Assembly: GCA_964016885.1 (NCBI GenBank)
Contig: OZ024745.1
Coordinates: forward strand, 133,610,001 to 133,674,000
Source of the DNA: Eledone cirrhosa
Taxonomy: Eukaryota
Reading direction: 5' to 3'
DNA: 64,000 bases
Shown: one piece after another, positions 12,681-26,977 of the stretch
Numbering within the stretch: the stretch's first letter is position 1
Layout of the letters: every line of letters begins with the position of its first letter
The notes under the pieces: model-generated
Databases searched by the model: none
What the model was told of the DNA's origin: nothing
Seen by the model: the letters and a program-made list of their open reading frames with translations, nothing else
Program-made: the position numbers and the translations under genes

Positions 12681-13624
12681 CGACCCCAGTATTTTGTGTT
12701 TCACGTTCGGTACTTATTTAATATATCCTTATTTGTTGAATCGTTGAAGCACAAATGTGAGACGTAAACACAAACATGAACACCCCTCACCACTCACACA
12801 AACACACTCACATACAAACGCGCGCACACACACACACATACCTAAACATACAAACGTAGACGCACAGTTTTCGTCGACTAAATAACACATTGCATAGCTG
12901 AGTCCGAGTCTCTAGAAGAAGACATTTGCCAGTGGGACAGAAACTGAAAGCCTTGACCACATAACTATGTCTACCCCTACCTAACATTCGTATACAAATA
13001 TCTGAGCTTGTAGTAATATGACAAAATATATACCCAGAATATAAAATCATATCTCCTTTGTTACCATATTATAACATATACCTGTGTTAGCAATATAGCG
13101 ATTACCTGGAATAAACAAGCTTTTGCATATGATTTGTTTGTGAAGTGATTAATTGCATTCGTTCCTCGTTAGAATGCAATGTAATATTATCTTAATTAGA
13201 AAATTAATTTTAAAAAAATGACTATGAATAATTTCATTCATATCCAAAACCTAATGGTAAAAACCAATTCCAAATTTCAAAATGTAAACTAAACATCAAT
13301 CCATGCTGGTCTGCCAGAGTATAACTAGATTCTATGTCAGAAATCTTACCATGAAACATGGCTTTCACAGAAACATTTAAAGTCACCTTTAGAAGCTAAC
13401 CAACAAATCAAAGAATTATAGATGCTTGCAGAATTTACTCGGATTTATTTCCTTTGGGATGTTGAGCGCAACATCATCACACTGATAAGAATCGCTCACC
13501 TTGGCGTGTTTGCTATATCAACTGCTTGCTGACACATGTTCAGGCAATATAAGTCTAGTCTCGTTAGCGTTAACTAGTTGAGGGGTCAGTCTTTACGGGA
13601 TATTTCTCAGAGTATTTAACATTC

Positions 13625-13718
<94 letters not shown>

Positions 13719-13743
13719 TGTAATAAACAACATAAGATAATTA

Positions 13744-13817
13744 TTTCATTTACCAAAGGTTTCACGAAGACAGGCGAGCCAGAGATCAGACGTCTGACAT
13801 CGGTCGTCAGAATGAAA
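13744..13817 (-). ncRNA. Type I hammerhead ribozyme
   Basis: Minus strand tttcatt-CTGACGA-ccga...tcgt-GAAA-cc ttt gg-TA-aatgaaa; perfect 7-bp stem I; ~30 nt upstream of a (TA)n tract. Confidence 0.8.
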
Positions 13818-14012
13818 TTTTATTTAAAATGGATGTGAGATATTGATTTCAAAACAAGGTCTAGGACAATTGAAAGCGAGGCTGAAATAAAAAAAACGGA
13901 CGTAATCTAAAGGGGAAAATACTAAATGTATATGTATATATACAAACAGACAAATATACGAGCACATACTCACGCGATTACCTATACTCGCACACTCACC
14001 ACACATATATAT

Positions 14013-14089
<77 letters not shown>

Positions 14090-14257
14090 TATAGATAGGT
14101 AAATATACACGGGTGTGTATGATTGTGTATAGAAGATTATATTAATAAGAGGAATTCCAACTTTGTCTGATTTACTCGTTTTATTTACAATCCTTTAAAA
14201 TATATAATGGTATTATAATGAAATAGTATGATAGAATATTAAATTCTAAGTGTTAAT

Positions 14258-14296
14258 TGAACAAGTACTTTCATGCTTTCGCAATCTTCAGGTTCA
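14258..14296 (-). ncRNA. Minimal type I hammerhead (family A)
   Basis: Reverse complement of 14370-14408. Confidence 0.8.
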
Positions 14297-14369
14297 TGAT
14301 ATGTGGTGACAGTCGAGTTTGCAATTTTCAACTGTTGAAAATTGCAAACTCGACTGTCACCACATATTA

Positions 14370-14408
14370 TGAACCTGAAGATTGCGAAAGCATGAAAGTA
14401 CTTGTTCA
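14370..14408 (+). ncRNA. Minimal type I hammerhead (family A)
   Basis: Identical to 1742-1780. Confidence 0.8.
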
Positions 14409-14578
14409 ATTAACACTTAGAATTTAATATTCTATCATACTATTTCATTATAATACCATTATATATTTTAAAGGATTGTAAATAAAACGAGTAAATCAGA
14501 CAAAGTTGGAATTCTTCTTATTAATATATATATATATATACACACGGGCTGACAAAAGCAAGAACATAATAAATTATA

Positions 14579-14661
<83 letters not shown>

Positions 14662-14805
14662 ATACACATATATACAGGGTCACGCCAACATACACATATG
14701 ACAGATAATATTCACTCACAATACAAACATGTGTACATGCACATACATACACACATACACACACACACATATATATGTATACATACATATACACACACAT
14801 ATGTA

Positions 14806-15365
<560 letters not shown>

Positions 15366-16149
15366 ATATAGATATATATATATATATATACATATACATA
15401 CACATACACATATATATATATAAATACATACACACACAAACACACGCACACGCTTATATATGTGTGTGTGTGTGTATGTATGGGTGTGGGGTGTATGTAT
15501 GTGTGTGCGTGTGTGTGGGGGGGGGGGGGCAACCTCTATTTTCTATTCTGATCATATCATCGTATTCGAGCTATACAGTTCTTGGGTGATTCATATTTTC
15601 GTCTGCTTATTATTCTTTCCAAAATTCTCATTGGATGAACCATATCATCCTTTCCGTGCTTTTCCTTGCTTTTCCTTGCATCACAGACCACCAAAGCTAA
15701 ATATCCATTTATGCCAACAACAACATTCATATCTCTCTCAATATTGTATTCAATAGGGAACACGTTTATTGAAATATAATCGAATATCGACTGTTGCAAA
15801 GCATGTTTGCGAATCTCATGACCTGTTCGCATGGCTTTACTGACCGCAGGCTTTTTCTAGCTGACAGTTTCTGCTGCAGAGACTTAGCCCACTCCTCCCA
15901 CCCAAACACAACAAATGTATTGGAAAAAGCTTTTAAAATCAAGTTATTCCCTACCTTTCTTCCCTAGTTTACTATAGCGGGAATGAAGATATAATTCAGC
16001 AACTGCTTAACACATTCCTCGGTAATATACTGTTCTGTTCATAACGGTAACAGCCAACTTTACTATGGCTCACTCATAAAACTCTATTGATGTATGATTT
16101 ATTTAGTGAAGCTAAATATGAATGCAGCAATGTAACCCTCTCTCTCTCT

Positions 16150-16700
<551 letters not shown>

Positions 16701-17409
16701 GAGAGTATTATTGGAGAAGAGAACAAGAGATGATACATAGTTAGATGAAGTGCTGAATAAATAGAAGGGAAAGATATACCAACAGAAAAGCAAACACATA
16801 GTGATTGGCGGTAGGTCTGGATTCCATGTATGAATATAAATATATTACATAATATACTATGTTACTATATATAAACTTATTTGTAACAAAGTGTAAACCA
16901 GGCATATGAATGCTTCGAGCGAACCACTAAAATATCAATTTCAAATATAGGAAGGTAATCGTAGAAAATCAGCAATACAAATATTAGCTAGAGAAGTACA
17001 ATAAGGAAGAAAAGAAAATAAATTAGCTCAAGCAAAGTATTAGATATATCCATAAAAAGTATAAAAGGAGTATTATTGTATCCTACAAGCAACAACACTG
17101 CTGCCACAAACATAAAACTAAGAGATTATACACATGCACACGCGCCAGTCTGGGTGTAATCTTTTGTGAATATATATATATATATGGGGAGGGTCATATT
17201 TGTGTAATAATATTGCCAGAATTAATAACAGAACACACTCACTGTTTGGTCGGTTTTCGCTTCTCTATCGGTTAATTTAATTTATTCGGTCCTCAATGTT
17301 ACCATTGACTGACCAACGGTCAAAAATACAGATACAATATAGACACAAACACATATATATAGTCTAACAAAGTTCATATCAAAAACCTCGCAAAACTAAT
17401 TCGTCGCCG

Positions 17410-17481
<72 letters not shown>

Positions 17482-17484
<3 letters not shown>

Positions 17485-17808
17485 AAAGTTCTATTTAAAG
17501 TTGTTGGGATACAACAAGTAAATATTTTTATAACTGATATAAAGCACTCGACAAGTATTTGGAGTAGATATACGATATTAATAAATGGAAACTATATTTA
17601 TAAAACCATATTTATTTCATTATACATATTTCAGGGATACCAAATTAAATTATGGTATGCCTTCATCAGACAAAATACAATATATAACAGTTTTACAAAT
17701 AAGCTTTGACGTACCCTTTTAAAATGCAACCATTATTTTGGGAAGCCATCTATCCAGATGGCTTCCAAAAATAATGGTTGCATTTCAAAGGGTACATTTA
17801 TTAATATC

Positions 17809-17810
<2 letters not shown>
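17482..17810 (-). mobile_element. 5'-truncated 3' end of the Naiad-type PLE family (homologous to 50007-50270) with terminal fold-back
   Basis: Colinear with 50007-50270; hairpin at 17711-17795; (TA)n on both sides. Confidence 0.9.
17618..17675 (-). ncRNA. Type I hammerhead (PLE 3' UTR)
   Basis: CTGATGA-aggcatacca taatttaatt tggtatccct-GAAA-tatg-TA; stem I imperfect. Confidence 0.65.
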
Positions 17811-17853
<43 letters not shown>

Positions 17854-17877
17854 GTCTATACATATAAAAATGTGGTT

Positions 17878-17975
<98 letters not shown>

Positions 17976-18590
17976 CTGTGTCTGCGTCTGTGTCTGTGTG
18001 TGTCTGTGTGTGTGTGTCTGTGTGTGTGTATGTGTGTGTATGTGTGAGTCTGCGTGTGTATGTGTGTGTCTGTTTGAAGACAAAACCGTATGGCCAATTC
18101 TTGGTTAAATCATTGCTTATGCTTCACGACAGATTGTTCTCGATCTATCTCTTAATATGTTCACTTTTTATAGCACAGACCTCTTCATATAATATACTTG
18201 AATTTGATGTATAAATTCTCAATAAACAAGATGGAACCGAAGTCATTCATGCTTTACAATCAAATATTGGATAATATCTAATTGTAATTTCACTATAGCA
18301 ATGTCGTTCTATATTTGTAATATATTTCCGTCTGTGGATTTCAAATAACGTTTTTAATCAAAAGTCTATAGATACCTAATTTTATATTTTATATAACATT
18401 GCTTATGACTTAGTTAACAAGAATTGATGGTAAGAGAAGATGATATTCCATTATAGAATTATTTTAATCTCCTATGATAATTTACCTGACAGTGCATAAT
18501 ATCATGTTGCCGAGTGATACTTTAGGGACACAGAAATGTAGATATTATTTCGTATACATGGCGGAAATGTAGATATTATTTCGTATACAA

Positions 18591-18688
18591 GGGCGGTGGA
18601 TTGGCAGTATCGGTAGAGGGTTGGACGCCATGCTTTCCAGCATAGTTACGTCCCTTTACGATCTGAGTTCAAATCCTGCCGAGGTTAA
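18591..18688 (+). mobile_element. tRNA-derived SINE, 5' half only
   Basis: A and B boxes present; breaks off at gaggttaa where the next element begins. Confidence 0.85.
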
Positions 18689-19465
18689 AGACAAAACCAC
18701 GTAAATGGTATAGCAGAAGTCGTAGACTAAAATTCTAACTAGGAGACCAAATGAATCTCCGCAACAGAGTTAAGAACAAGTAAATAAATATAATACAGAA
18801 GTAATAGAAATAAATAAATACATACACGCAAACAAATACGTGCATACACAAGCATACGCAAAACCTTACCATAGGTATACAAAACCACACACATATAAAT
18901 ATGTGTGTGTGTGTATGCGTGTATGCAAATAAATAAATAATTATATAAACGCATATAAATAAATAAATACGTATATATATACGTGGTTTTGTCTTTGCGT
19001 GCTATTGTTCTCCACGGTCCACATATGACGTATTATCTTCGTTTTTTCGTTCATTGTCAGAGAACGTCTCTATGCACCACCTAAGAGAACATTAGTCTAC
19101 GGCCTCTTTTATACCATAAACGTGGTTCTGTCTTTGCGCGTAATTGTTTTTCACCGCTCCTATTAATGACGTATTATATTCGTTTTTTCCCGTTCTTTGC
19201 CAGCGAACGTTTCCACGAACCAACGTATCGTCTTCCTGTCTTCTTCCATTGCAACGTTTTTTGAAATATCCACTTCTGCGTTTACAGATTGACTTTGTTA
19301 GTTTCAGAAGATCCCGTTAAGGGTGAAAGCAGCGATTCTTTGCTTAAACTTTAATCTGTTATTTTAATAAATATTTGCTCTAGGGTTCTTATATATTTGA
19401 TATATATTTATCCTTATCGAGCCCTCTTTGGATTTTAGTCTTCAAATTTATTATTATTACTATTA
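18689..19465 (+). mobile_element. Hammerhead-bearing PLE-like terminal repeat with internal tandem duplication and inverted partial copy
   Basis: acgtggtt(t/c)tgtctttgcg at ~18981 and ~19120; inverted copy at 18689-18735; hammerhead at 19300; ends in TA repeats. Confidence 0.6.
19300..19350 (+). ncRNA. Type I hammerhead with a core substitution (CAGAAGA)
   Basis: agttt-CAGAAGA-t ccc gttaa ggg t-GAAA-gca gcgattctt tgc-TT-aaact; all three stems pair. Confidence 0.7.
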
Positions 19466-19553
19466 TATATTTATATATATATATATATATATATTATTTG
19501 GTTTGTGAATTTGTTTAGCAAGATTCTTTATCTGAAAACGTGTGTTGAAACCA

Positions 19554-19692
19554 ATATTGTTATACTTTGGGAGGGTCATGTTGCCAATAAAAAACACACG
19601 CACCACCAGCTTTCACTCCAATTTATTATAAATTGGAGTGAAAGCGGCTGGTGCGTGTGTTTCTTATTGGCAACATGACCCTCCCAAAGTAT

Positions 19693-19700
<8 letters not shown>
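19554..19700. repeat. 147-bp fold-back palindrome of the gggagggtcat-terminus family
   Basis: Inverted arms centred ~19627; abuts (TA)n. Confidence 0.9.
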
Positions 19701-19783
<83 letters not shown>

Positions 19784-19819
19784 TATATATATATATATAT
19801 GCATATAAATATATACATA

Positions 19820-20540
19820 CATTGCAATACAGGAACAAATATCTGCTACACAAAAGAGGAGGGCCATCAATCGACAATAAATGTAGGCTTTGTAAAATAA
19901 AGATCGAAGATGTTAGCGACATTGTTGCCAACTGTGAAATAATGTCGTCTCGCTACTACCTCCCTATGAGACACGATGTGATAGCTAGAACCATCTGGAA
20001 TGCACATAGGAAAACAAAATTAAAAACAAATGAGGAGGAATATGTTTAGATATATGGCACTAAGGAATATTGGTGGAACCTGAAAATAAAACCTGCTACC
20101 AAATTAAAGCACAACTGGCCTGATATTGTTGTTTAGGACCACACATTGAAAACGTGCTCTGTTGTAGAGATCAGCTGCCCACTTGATGTTAATGTTATAA
20201 GAAAAATACAGGAGAAGGAGGATATCTACGGACCATTGATGAGGAGTTTTCAGATCCAGTATCCAAGATACACCTTCAGCTTCATACCCATCATTATTGG
20301 AGTTACAGGTTATATACCAACCCGCTTGGACATAAGTATGACTGAACTTGGATTTGCGGACAAAGTATGCAGCTCCTAATTCATAGACTATAAATGGCTG
20401 CGATATCTGGCATCTTCAAAATTCGCAAAACATTCTTGCGATTTAAGGGATGACAATTTCTTTTCTGTTACAACCTTGAAACCAGAAAGCTGGCCTGTCA
20501 AAAATGTACTCGAAATTAAGAGAAAAGCAGAGAACAGAAG
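19820..20540 (+). mobile_element. R4/Dong-type non-LTR retrotransposon, 5'-truncated (zinc knuckle + restriction-like endonuclease), decayed
   Basis: [61 protein letters not shown]; internal stops; CATA repeats at the ends. Confidence 0.85.
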
Positions 20541-20625
20541 CATACATACATACAAACATACATAAATACATGCATACATATATACATATTTACATATATA
20601 CATACAAGCATACATACATACATAC

Positions 20626-21264
20626 ATGGTGGCTGCCAACTCGTTTTCGAGTACGGCCACTACTTTACATCCATGTAGGATAACCCCTACCGAAGCGCTG
20701 AACGAGTGTGACTTTTTAGTCCAGCCAGCGACTTGAAACCTCTGGTACAAACACTACACCTGTGACAATCATTGACACATAGTGCTAGGCCCATGGTAGG
20801 ACAATCATTGACACATAGTGCTGGGCCCATGTGAGGACAAGTGCAGAGAGATCTCCAGATATAAAGCAATGCCTGTGCCGTGAAGCTTTTATAGTGAGCA
20901 AAGGCACTGCACAAAGCCAGTCCCACTCTCTTAACCAAGATGCTATCTACCAAAAAGAAGAACAAGTCAACATCATTGGATACCATCAGGGTTGCAGGTG
21001 TTATATCAGAGTTTTCCTTCTCCTAGAATTCTGCCTTGACTAAGGCTAAAGGGGTCATCTCTCCCGGTGATTTTGGATGGCCATTGACTCTTAAGAGCTC
21101 CTTTGCCCTTTGACAGGTTTTGTTTTTAGTCCTGCAGGATGTCCAAAGTCACCCTCCTCACCAAGAAACCTTGGTGGGGTTGCCAGTTTAGTCGCCAACG
21201 ACCCGACCATGAGACAGGTTGTACTGGGATACATGTTACCAGTAGCACCAACTGGTGACCTGAC
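20626..21264 (-). mobile_element. Short RTE-like derived non-autonomous element
   Basis: Minus-strand CSVCTRGFKSLAGLKSHTRS zinc finger typical of RTE-type ORF C-termini, joined to a UTR-like segment; (ATGT)n at both ends. Confidence 0.5.
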
Positions 21265-21309
21265 ATATATACATACATACATACATACATACATACATAC
21301 ATACATACA

Positions 21310-21340
<31 letters not shown>

Positions 21341-21341
<1 letters not shown>

Positions 21342-23724
21342 GACAGTCAACGCGATCAGTCGCATATTTTGGTGAGGTAGACTATTTATTAAATTTAAGA
21401 TGAATACTATCTCCGACAGTAATGCCACAACTACAGTCAGGTTGAATAACTGGTTATTCTTCTAACTATCCCTTCTGAAGACACCTTTTATTCGAATTCG
21501 TAGAGATATCCGACTAAATACATAATTCATTTTACAAGGATTTGCTACAAACAGCATGGCTGAACACAACATCAACAAAATAATTAAGGAAGTACCGAAG
21601 ACAAATAACAAGGAAGGTAATCAAACTTTATTCAGTTGTAGCTAAAGAAGAAACCGAAATTATAAATCGAATTTCTCTTGGAGTTGCGAACTTAATAATG
21701 ATTTATTTAATTGTTATAAAATGACAAAAAACAATCCCTCCATTGGCTATATGAATAGAATGAAGCTACACTGGGACGAAATGCACCCAGAGCTAAATTA
21801 TTTCACAGCGAAACAATTACGCCAACAAGCGACGTTTGGTGAACGTAAAAATAAGATAAATATTATTAATTGTAAGTCCCCAACAACAAACATGTTATCA
21901 ACAACACGTGCTACAGGTCGCCATGCTAGACTTCCTAGCAGCCAGGTCGAACAGCGCCTTGAAACAACTATACCTGTAAGAAACTTGACACCACCTGTAC
22001 CATCTAAGTCTACCTCGAATGCTGGGGAAAACACTATCGATAATAATAATAATCGAAGAAATAATAATAATAATCGAAGAAATGTGACCCCACGTATACC
22101 ATCCGAGTATACCTCGACTATCGATAATGATAATCAAAAGTATAAACAATTGAAAATTTCCCTCAACGAAATCTTCCAGAGAGAAATTAACTCATGTATA
22201 AATATCTCTCTGGCTGAACGTGTTAAAATGACAATGGTGAATAAAAAACCAAATAATGAATTACTACGTGTTGTTGACGGAATAGGGGATGAATATTTAC
22301 GACGGATAAAAACCCCAACATTTTGACAAATCAACGCCTGTTTATATGCCTTAGCAATGACAGTGAAGCATTATCTTGGTGATAGCAGAGATATTAACTA
22401 AGAACAAAACACCACCAAAAATACCATCATGTATAACTAAAATAGAAAAAAAGAGTGCTGACCTACTAAAAAACGTAGGACATGTGACAATGCTCGTTAC
22501 ATGCAAACAAACACAAAAAAACCTCACTCCTCACCAAAAAGAGTGAAAAATAAAATAGAGACGATGTTTGGTAACAGTAGAACCAGAACTCTCCAATATA
22601 AGCTGATCAACCTCAAACAAGAATTGAGAGCTGTTAGCGAAAGACGCCGATACCAAAGAAGGTAGATGAGAGAAAAATGCTTAATAAAAGATTCAGACGA
22701 AACCAAACATCAGTCTATAGAGATATGAAGGGCAAAATAATAAGTGTCACTGAGGCTCCATCCCAGAAAGATATAGATTCCTTTTGGAGAAAAATATGGG
22801 TTGAAAAGAATAATTTCAACCAAGATGCAGTGTGGCTAAGAGAAATCCGAAAGAACTATTGCTCCTACACTACAACAAAAACATACGAAATAAGTGAGGG
22901 TACCCTTGAGACTGTGATAGGAAAACTCCAAGATAAGAAAACACCAGGAAGAGACATGATTGTCGGCTACTGGTACAAAAAACTAATATTCTGACCTCTA
23001 CCAACAAGTTCTTAAGGGAGATACACTTATACCGATAATAAACACATTAAAAGCTACAACAATGTGGAAGACATCCATGTACATAATATGAAAGAGTACT
23101 GGTGGAATGTTCCAGTAAAAACCCCAATAAAATGCAGGCATAGCAGACCAGATATTATGATATGGGACAGGGAGAAGAAAACATGCACTGTAGTGGAAAT
23201 TAGCTGCCCAGCAGATGCCAATATAATATCAAAGATTAGTGAAAAGGAGAATATTTATGCAGAACTGATGAGAAATCTGTAGATACTCCACCCTGATTAC
23301 ACCTTCAGATTTATGCCTGTGATTATTGGGGCACTGGGATATGTTAGTAACTACCTCAATACAAATCTTGAGAAGCTAGGCTTCACAGGAACAGAAAGAA
23401 CACAACTAGTTAGGAAATTACAAGTACAATCAATTAATGGAACTGTAAATATATGTAAAACATTCCAAAAATGTTGCATCTAATAACTGCATATACACAT
23501 GTACAGATACAAAGCATATACACATGCACACATACAACTCAAAACATACACATCCACACATACAATAACATCCATATCTACACATGCATACATGCAGACA
23601 TACATACATATCTACCTAGTTGATGTTGTGTAAATTCCAATGAGAGAGTCTTGTGTCTATGTTATAAACCGACTCTCTCTCTCTCTATTGGTAAAACTTT
23701 GTGAAATTATAAAACAAGAATAAC
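21341..23724 (+). mobile_element. R4/Dong-type LINE with both ends but RT internally deleted, in (CATA)n
   Basis: N-terminal GYMNRMKLHWDEMHPEL..TAKQLRQQA; RT start KTPGRDMIVGYWYKKL at ~22940-22985; then directly the RLE (WWN..HSRPDIMIWD..VVEISCPAD..EKENIY, PVIIGALG); stops and frameshifts; (CATA)n at 21270-21340 and 23724-23812. Confidence 0.85.
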
Positions 23725-23999
23725 ATACATACATACATACATACATACATACATACATACATACATACATACATACATACATACATACATACATACATAC
23801 ATACATACATACATGTAACTACACTTCAGCCTTACAACGTATTCACTTTCCTTCCATGTCTAAAGAAGAATTCAATGTTATTATTTATATCTACTTAGAA
23901 TCTAATCTAAACATTGTAAAATAGTTTGAAACATTCGTGTAAACAGCATTTTATTTGTCTTACACGTGTATCATGTTTGGTGGGTGGGAAGAGCATCTT

Positions 24000-24552
24000 T
24001 GTTTGTATGGGTGTGTTTATATGGGTGTGTTTGTATGTGTGTATGTGCGGGTTTATATGGGTGTGTTTGTGTGTGTATGTGCGTGTTTATATGGGTCTGT
24101 GGGTGTGTTTGTGTGTGTGTGTGTGTACATGTGCGTGTTTATATGAGTGTGTTTGCGTGCATGTGCGTGTTTATATGTGTGTGCGTGTTTATATGGGTGT
24201 GTGTGTTTGTATCAGCGTGTTTATATGGGTGTGTTTGCGTGCATGTGCGGGTTTATATGGGTGTGTGTGTGTGTGCGTGTTTATATGGGTGTGCATGTGC
24301 GTGTTTATATGGATGTGTATGTGTGTGTATGTGCGTGTTTATATGGGTGTGTTTGTGTGTGTATGTGTGTGCATGTGCGTGTTTATATGAGTGTGTTTGC
24401 GTGCGTGTGCGTGTTTATATGGGTGTGTGTGTATGTGAGTGTTTATATGGGTGTGTATGTGCGTGTTGATATGGGTGGGTGTGTGTATGTGCGTGTTTAT
24501 ATGAGTGTGTGTGTATGTGCGTGTACATGGGTGTGTTTGTGTGCATGTGTGT
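24000..24552. repeat. GT-rich degenerate minisatellite (gcgtgtttatatgggtgtgt core)
   Basis: Recurring core with variable GT spacers. Confidence 0.9.
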
Positions 24553-26227
24553 GAATAACTTCATTTTCCCCTAGTAAACGTGTTTGTGTCGTGTGAACAA
24601 TATTGTATTTTATTTTTAGTTAACCTGCTAAAACATTATTATAACTGAAATAAGTTTGTTAACCTTATCATAACTGAAATCAGTTTTTAACCTTATTATA
24701 ACTGAAGTAAATTTGTTAACCTTACTGTATAACGTTTCTCGCTGTTTGGTTCATGATTTAAAATCTAATCCGAATGGTTGCATTTCATTTATTTTCGTAC
24801 TGAAAATAATACAACTAATTATATTGATTAAGAATCCATGTAAGATTGCTCAATGTTAATGATTCAACGAATCTTAATAATGCCTTAGCTGCAGGTTTAT
24901 TGCGCCAAATACTATAAAGCTAGGTGCGTTATTAGGAAATGAATAAATTAAGCTCAATTTCAAGATAAAAGGAAATATAACATCTTCGGCTAACTTATTG
25001 CAAATCAAATAATAGGTATATTATATAAAGAATAAGCGAAGCGGGAAATTAGGAACTTTTAAATTAAATGTATAGAAGATAAAAGATTTTCCTTGATGGT
25101 TTCCCTGGATCCTCACCAAAGATCTCCGATTATTTGATCGTTCACTTCGGCAATTGAAATGAATGTTTTATTTTATTTCAACGATATTCAAAGAGTTCAG
25201 GAAGCTATGGTAAATGAAAAGTTGTGAAAAGAGAATCTGCTAGCCATAGTCATCCGCACGAAAGGCAATATCTAATCCTTCTTTAATACAGCTTGTATTC
25301 AACAGCTGAATAGAATGTCGGAAGCAATGTAATTTTCTTTTCACACAGCAAACCTTGCGAAGCAGCGCTTTCATTAATATAAATGTAACGACGTAAACGA
25401 TGAAATCTTAAGAATAAGATTATAGACGTCTTAGTAGACACAGATATAATTCAATTATATTAGAAAATGTTGAAACAAGCTGTCTGTGACGACTTTATTT
25501 GGTGTTATGTGAATTGAGGTTTAATATTTGGCCGTTGGGTAAAACGATAAATATGAGTAAAATTGAAAAAGTACATATATTGCTGTAAGGTATTGCTGTA
25601 TACTGTATATCCTAACATTAAAACATCATAAACATGTGTTAAGGGAGACATAATTTATATCTATCATAGCAACATATTTATAGATATTGGAGTTTCATTC
25701 CATATTGCACTAAAACGAAGATTTGGTCAATTTTAAAACTAATCCATATACCTTTTCACTGATGCCTGGTGTCTTTGTTCATATATCTGCCAAACCAATA
25801 ATAGTGTAGAAGATAGTAAATATTGTTGCTGGGATCACTTCTCGCAGAATGACATATGCTAGATATGTATAAATCTTAGTGACGCTCGAGAAATATAGAT
25901 GGCAGAATATGCCGATCGTGGAGCAGATGAATACATAGAAATATGGTGAGAAGTTCATTACTATAACAGCAATTCTTTAATGTATCGAGGTATTCTAGTT
26001 TCGTATCAAGGTTATGGCAGCAAAGCTATACTTTAAGCATATTGATATATTAATCTTAACATGAGCAAAGAAATCTCAAATATATTAATCTTAGTGTTTA
26101 ACTAAATACTTTTAGTGTTCCTGCAACGAGAAGTGTGGACTGGTGACCTTCAATACGTAACCGGACATAGGTACGGCAAGATTCTTAAATCTATTGTTCA
26201 CTGCAGCAATGGTATTATTTATTCTTC

Positions 26228-26420
26228 GGCAATGGATTGGCAGTAATGGTAGAGCGCCGGACACAATGTTTTGCAGCATAGAGTTATGTCCCTTTACGTT
26301 CAGGGTTCAAATCCCGCCGAGATTAACTTTGCCTTTCATACTTACGGGGTCGATAAAATAAAGTACCAGTAATGTACTGGGGTAATTTCTGGCCTTGTGT
26401 CAAAAGTAGAAAGAATTATT
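26228..26420 (+). mobile_element. tRNA-derived SINE (main family)
   Basis: Full-length match to the other copies. Confidence 0.9.
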
Positions 26421-26496
26421 TCTATATTGACGATCGAAAAACAGTTTAAGATTTCATTGTGTCTTGGTTTTCATGTTGGTTTCTTTTAATATATCG

Positions 26497-26826
26497 TAAT
26501 ATATAGTACTATATAGTAATATATAGTAGTGTATAGTAGTATATAGTACTATATAGTAGTATATAGTACTATATAGTACTATATAGTAATATATAGTAGT
26601 ATATAGTAGTGTATAGTAGTATATAGTAATATATAGTACTATATAGTACTATATAGTAATATATAGTTGTATATAGTAGTATATATTACTATACAGTGAT
26701 ATATATTACTATATAGTACTATATAGTAATATATAGTTGTATATAGTAGTATATATTACTATACAGTGATATATATTACTATATAGTACTATATACTACT
26801 ATATAATAGTATATAGTAGTCTATAG
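26497..26826. repeat. 10-bp minisatellite (atatagtagt)
   Basis: ~33 units. Confidence 0.95.
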
Positions 26827-26977
26827 TTAGTAACAGATCAGTTGGGCATATTTCCAGTAGACAATCTCTACATTCAAGGAATACTGCTTCTTGAATGTAA
26901 CTGGGTCCCATGACACTAGAAGAATCAACTAAACGTGCAACCCCTTCGAGGATCACTTGAATGTGTATCCTGAACAT

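Larger units (their letters stand above)
14138..14528. mobile_element. ~390-bp palindrome: two inverted family-A elements
   Basis: Arms are near-perfect reverse complements centred ~14331; right arm matches 1700-1890. Confidence 0.9.

Noticed and set aside
18591-18680. tRNA genes at the A/B-box sites
   Set aside because: These are SINE heads: no full cloverleaf, and they continue into the shared SINE body.
21465-21510. Possible hammerhead in the Dong 5' UTR (CTGAAGA..GAAT tcgTA)
   Set aside because: No GAAA, no convincing stem II, and poor stem I.
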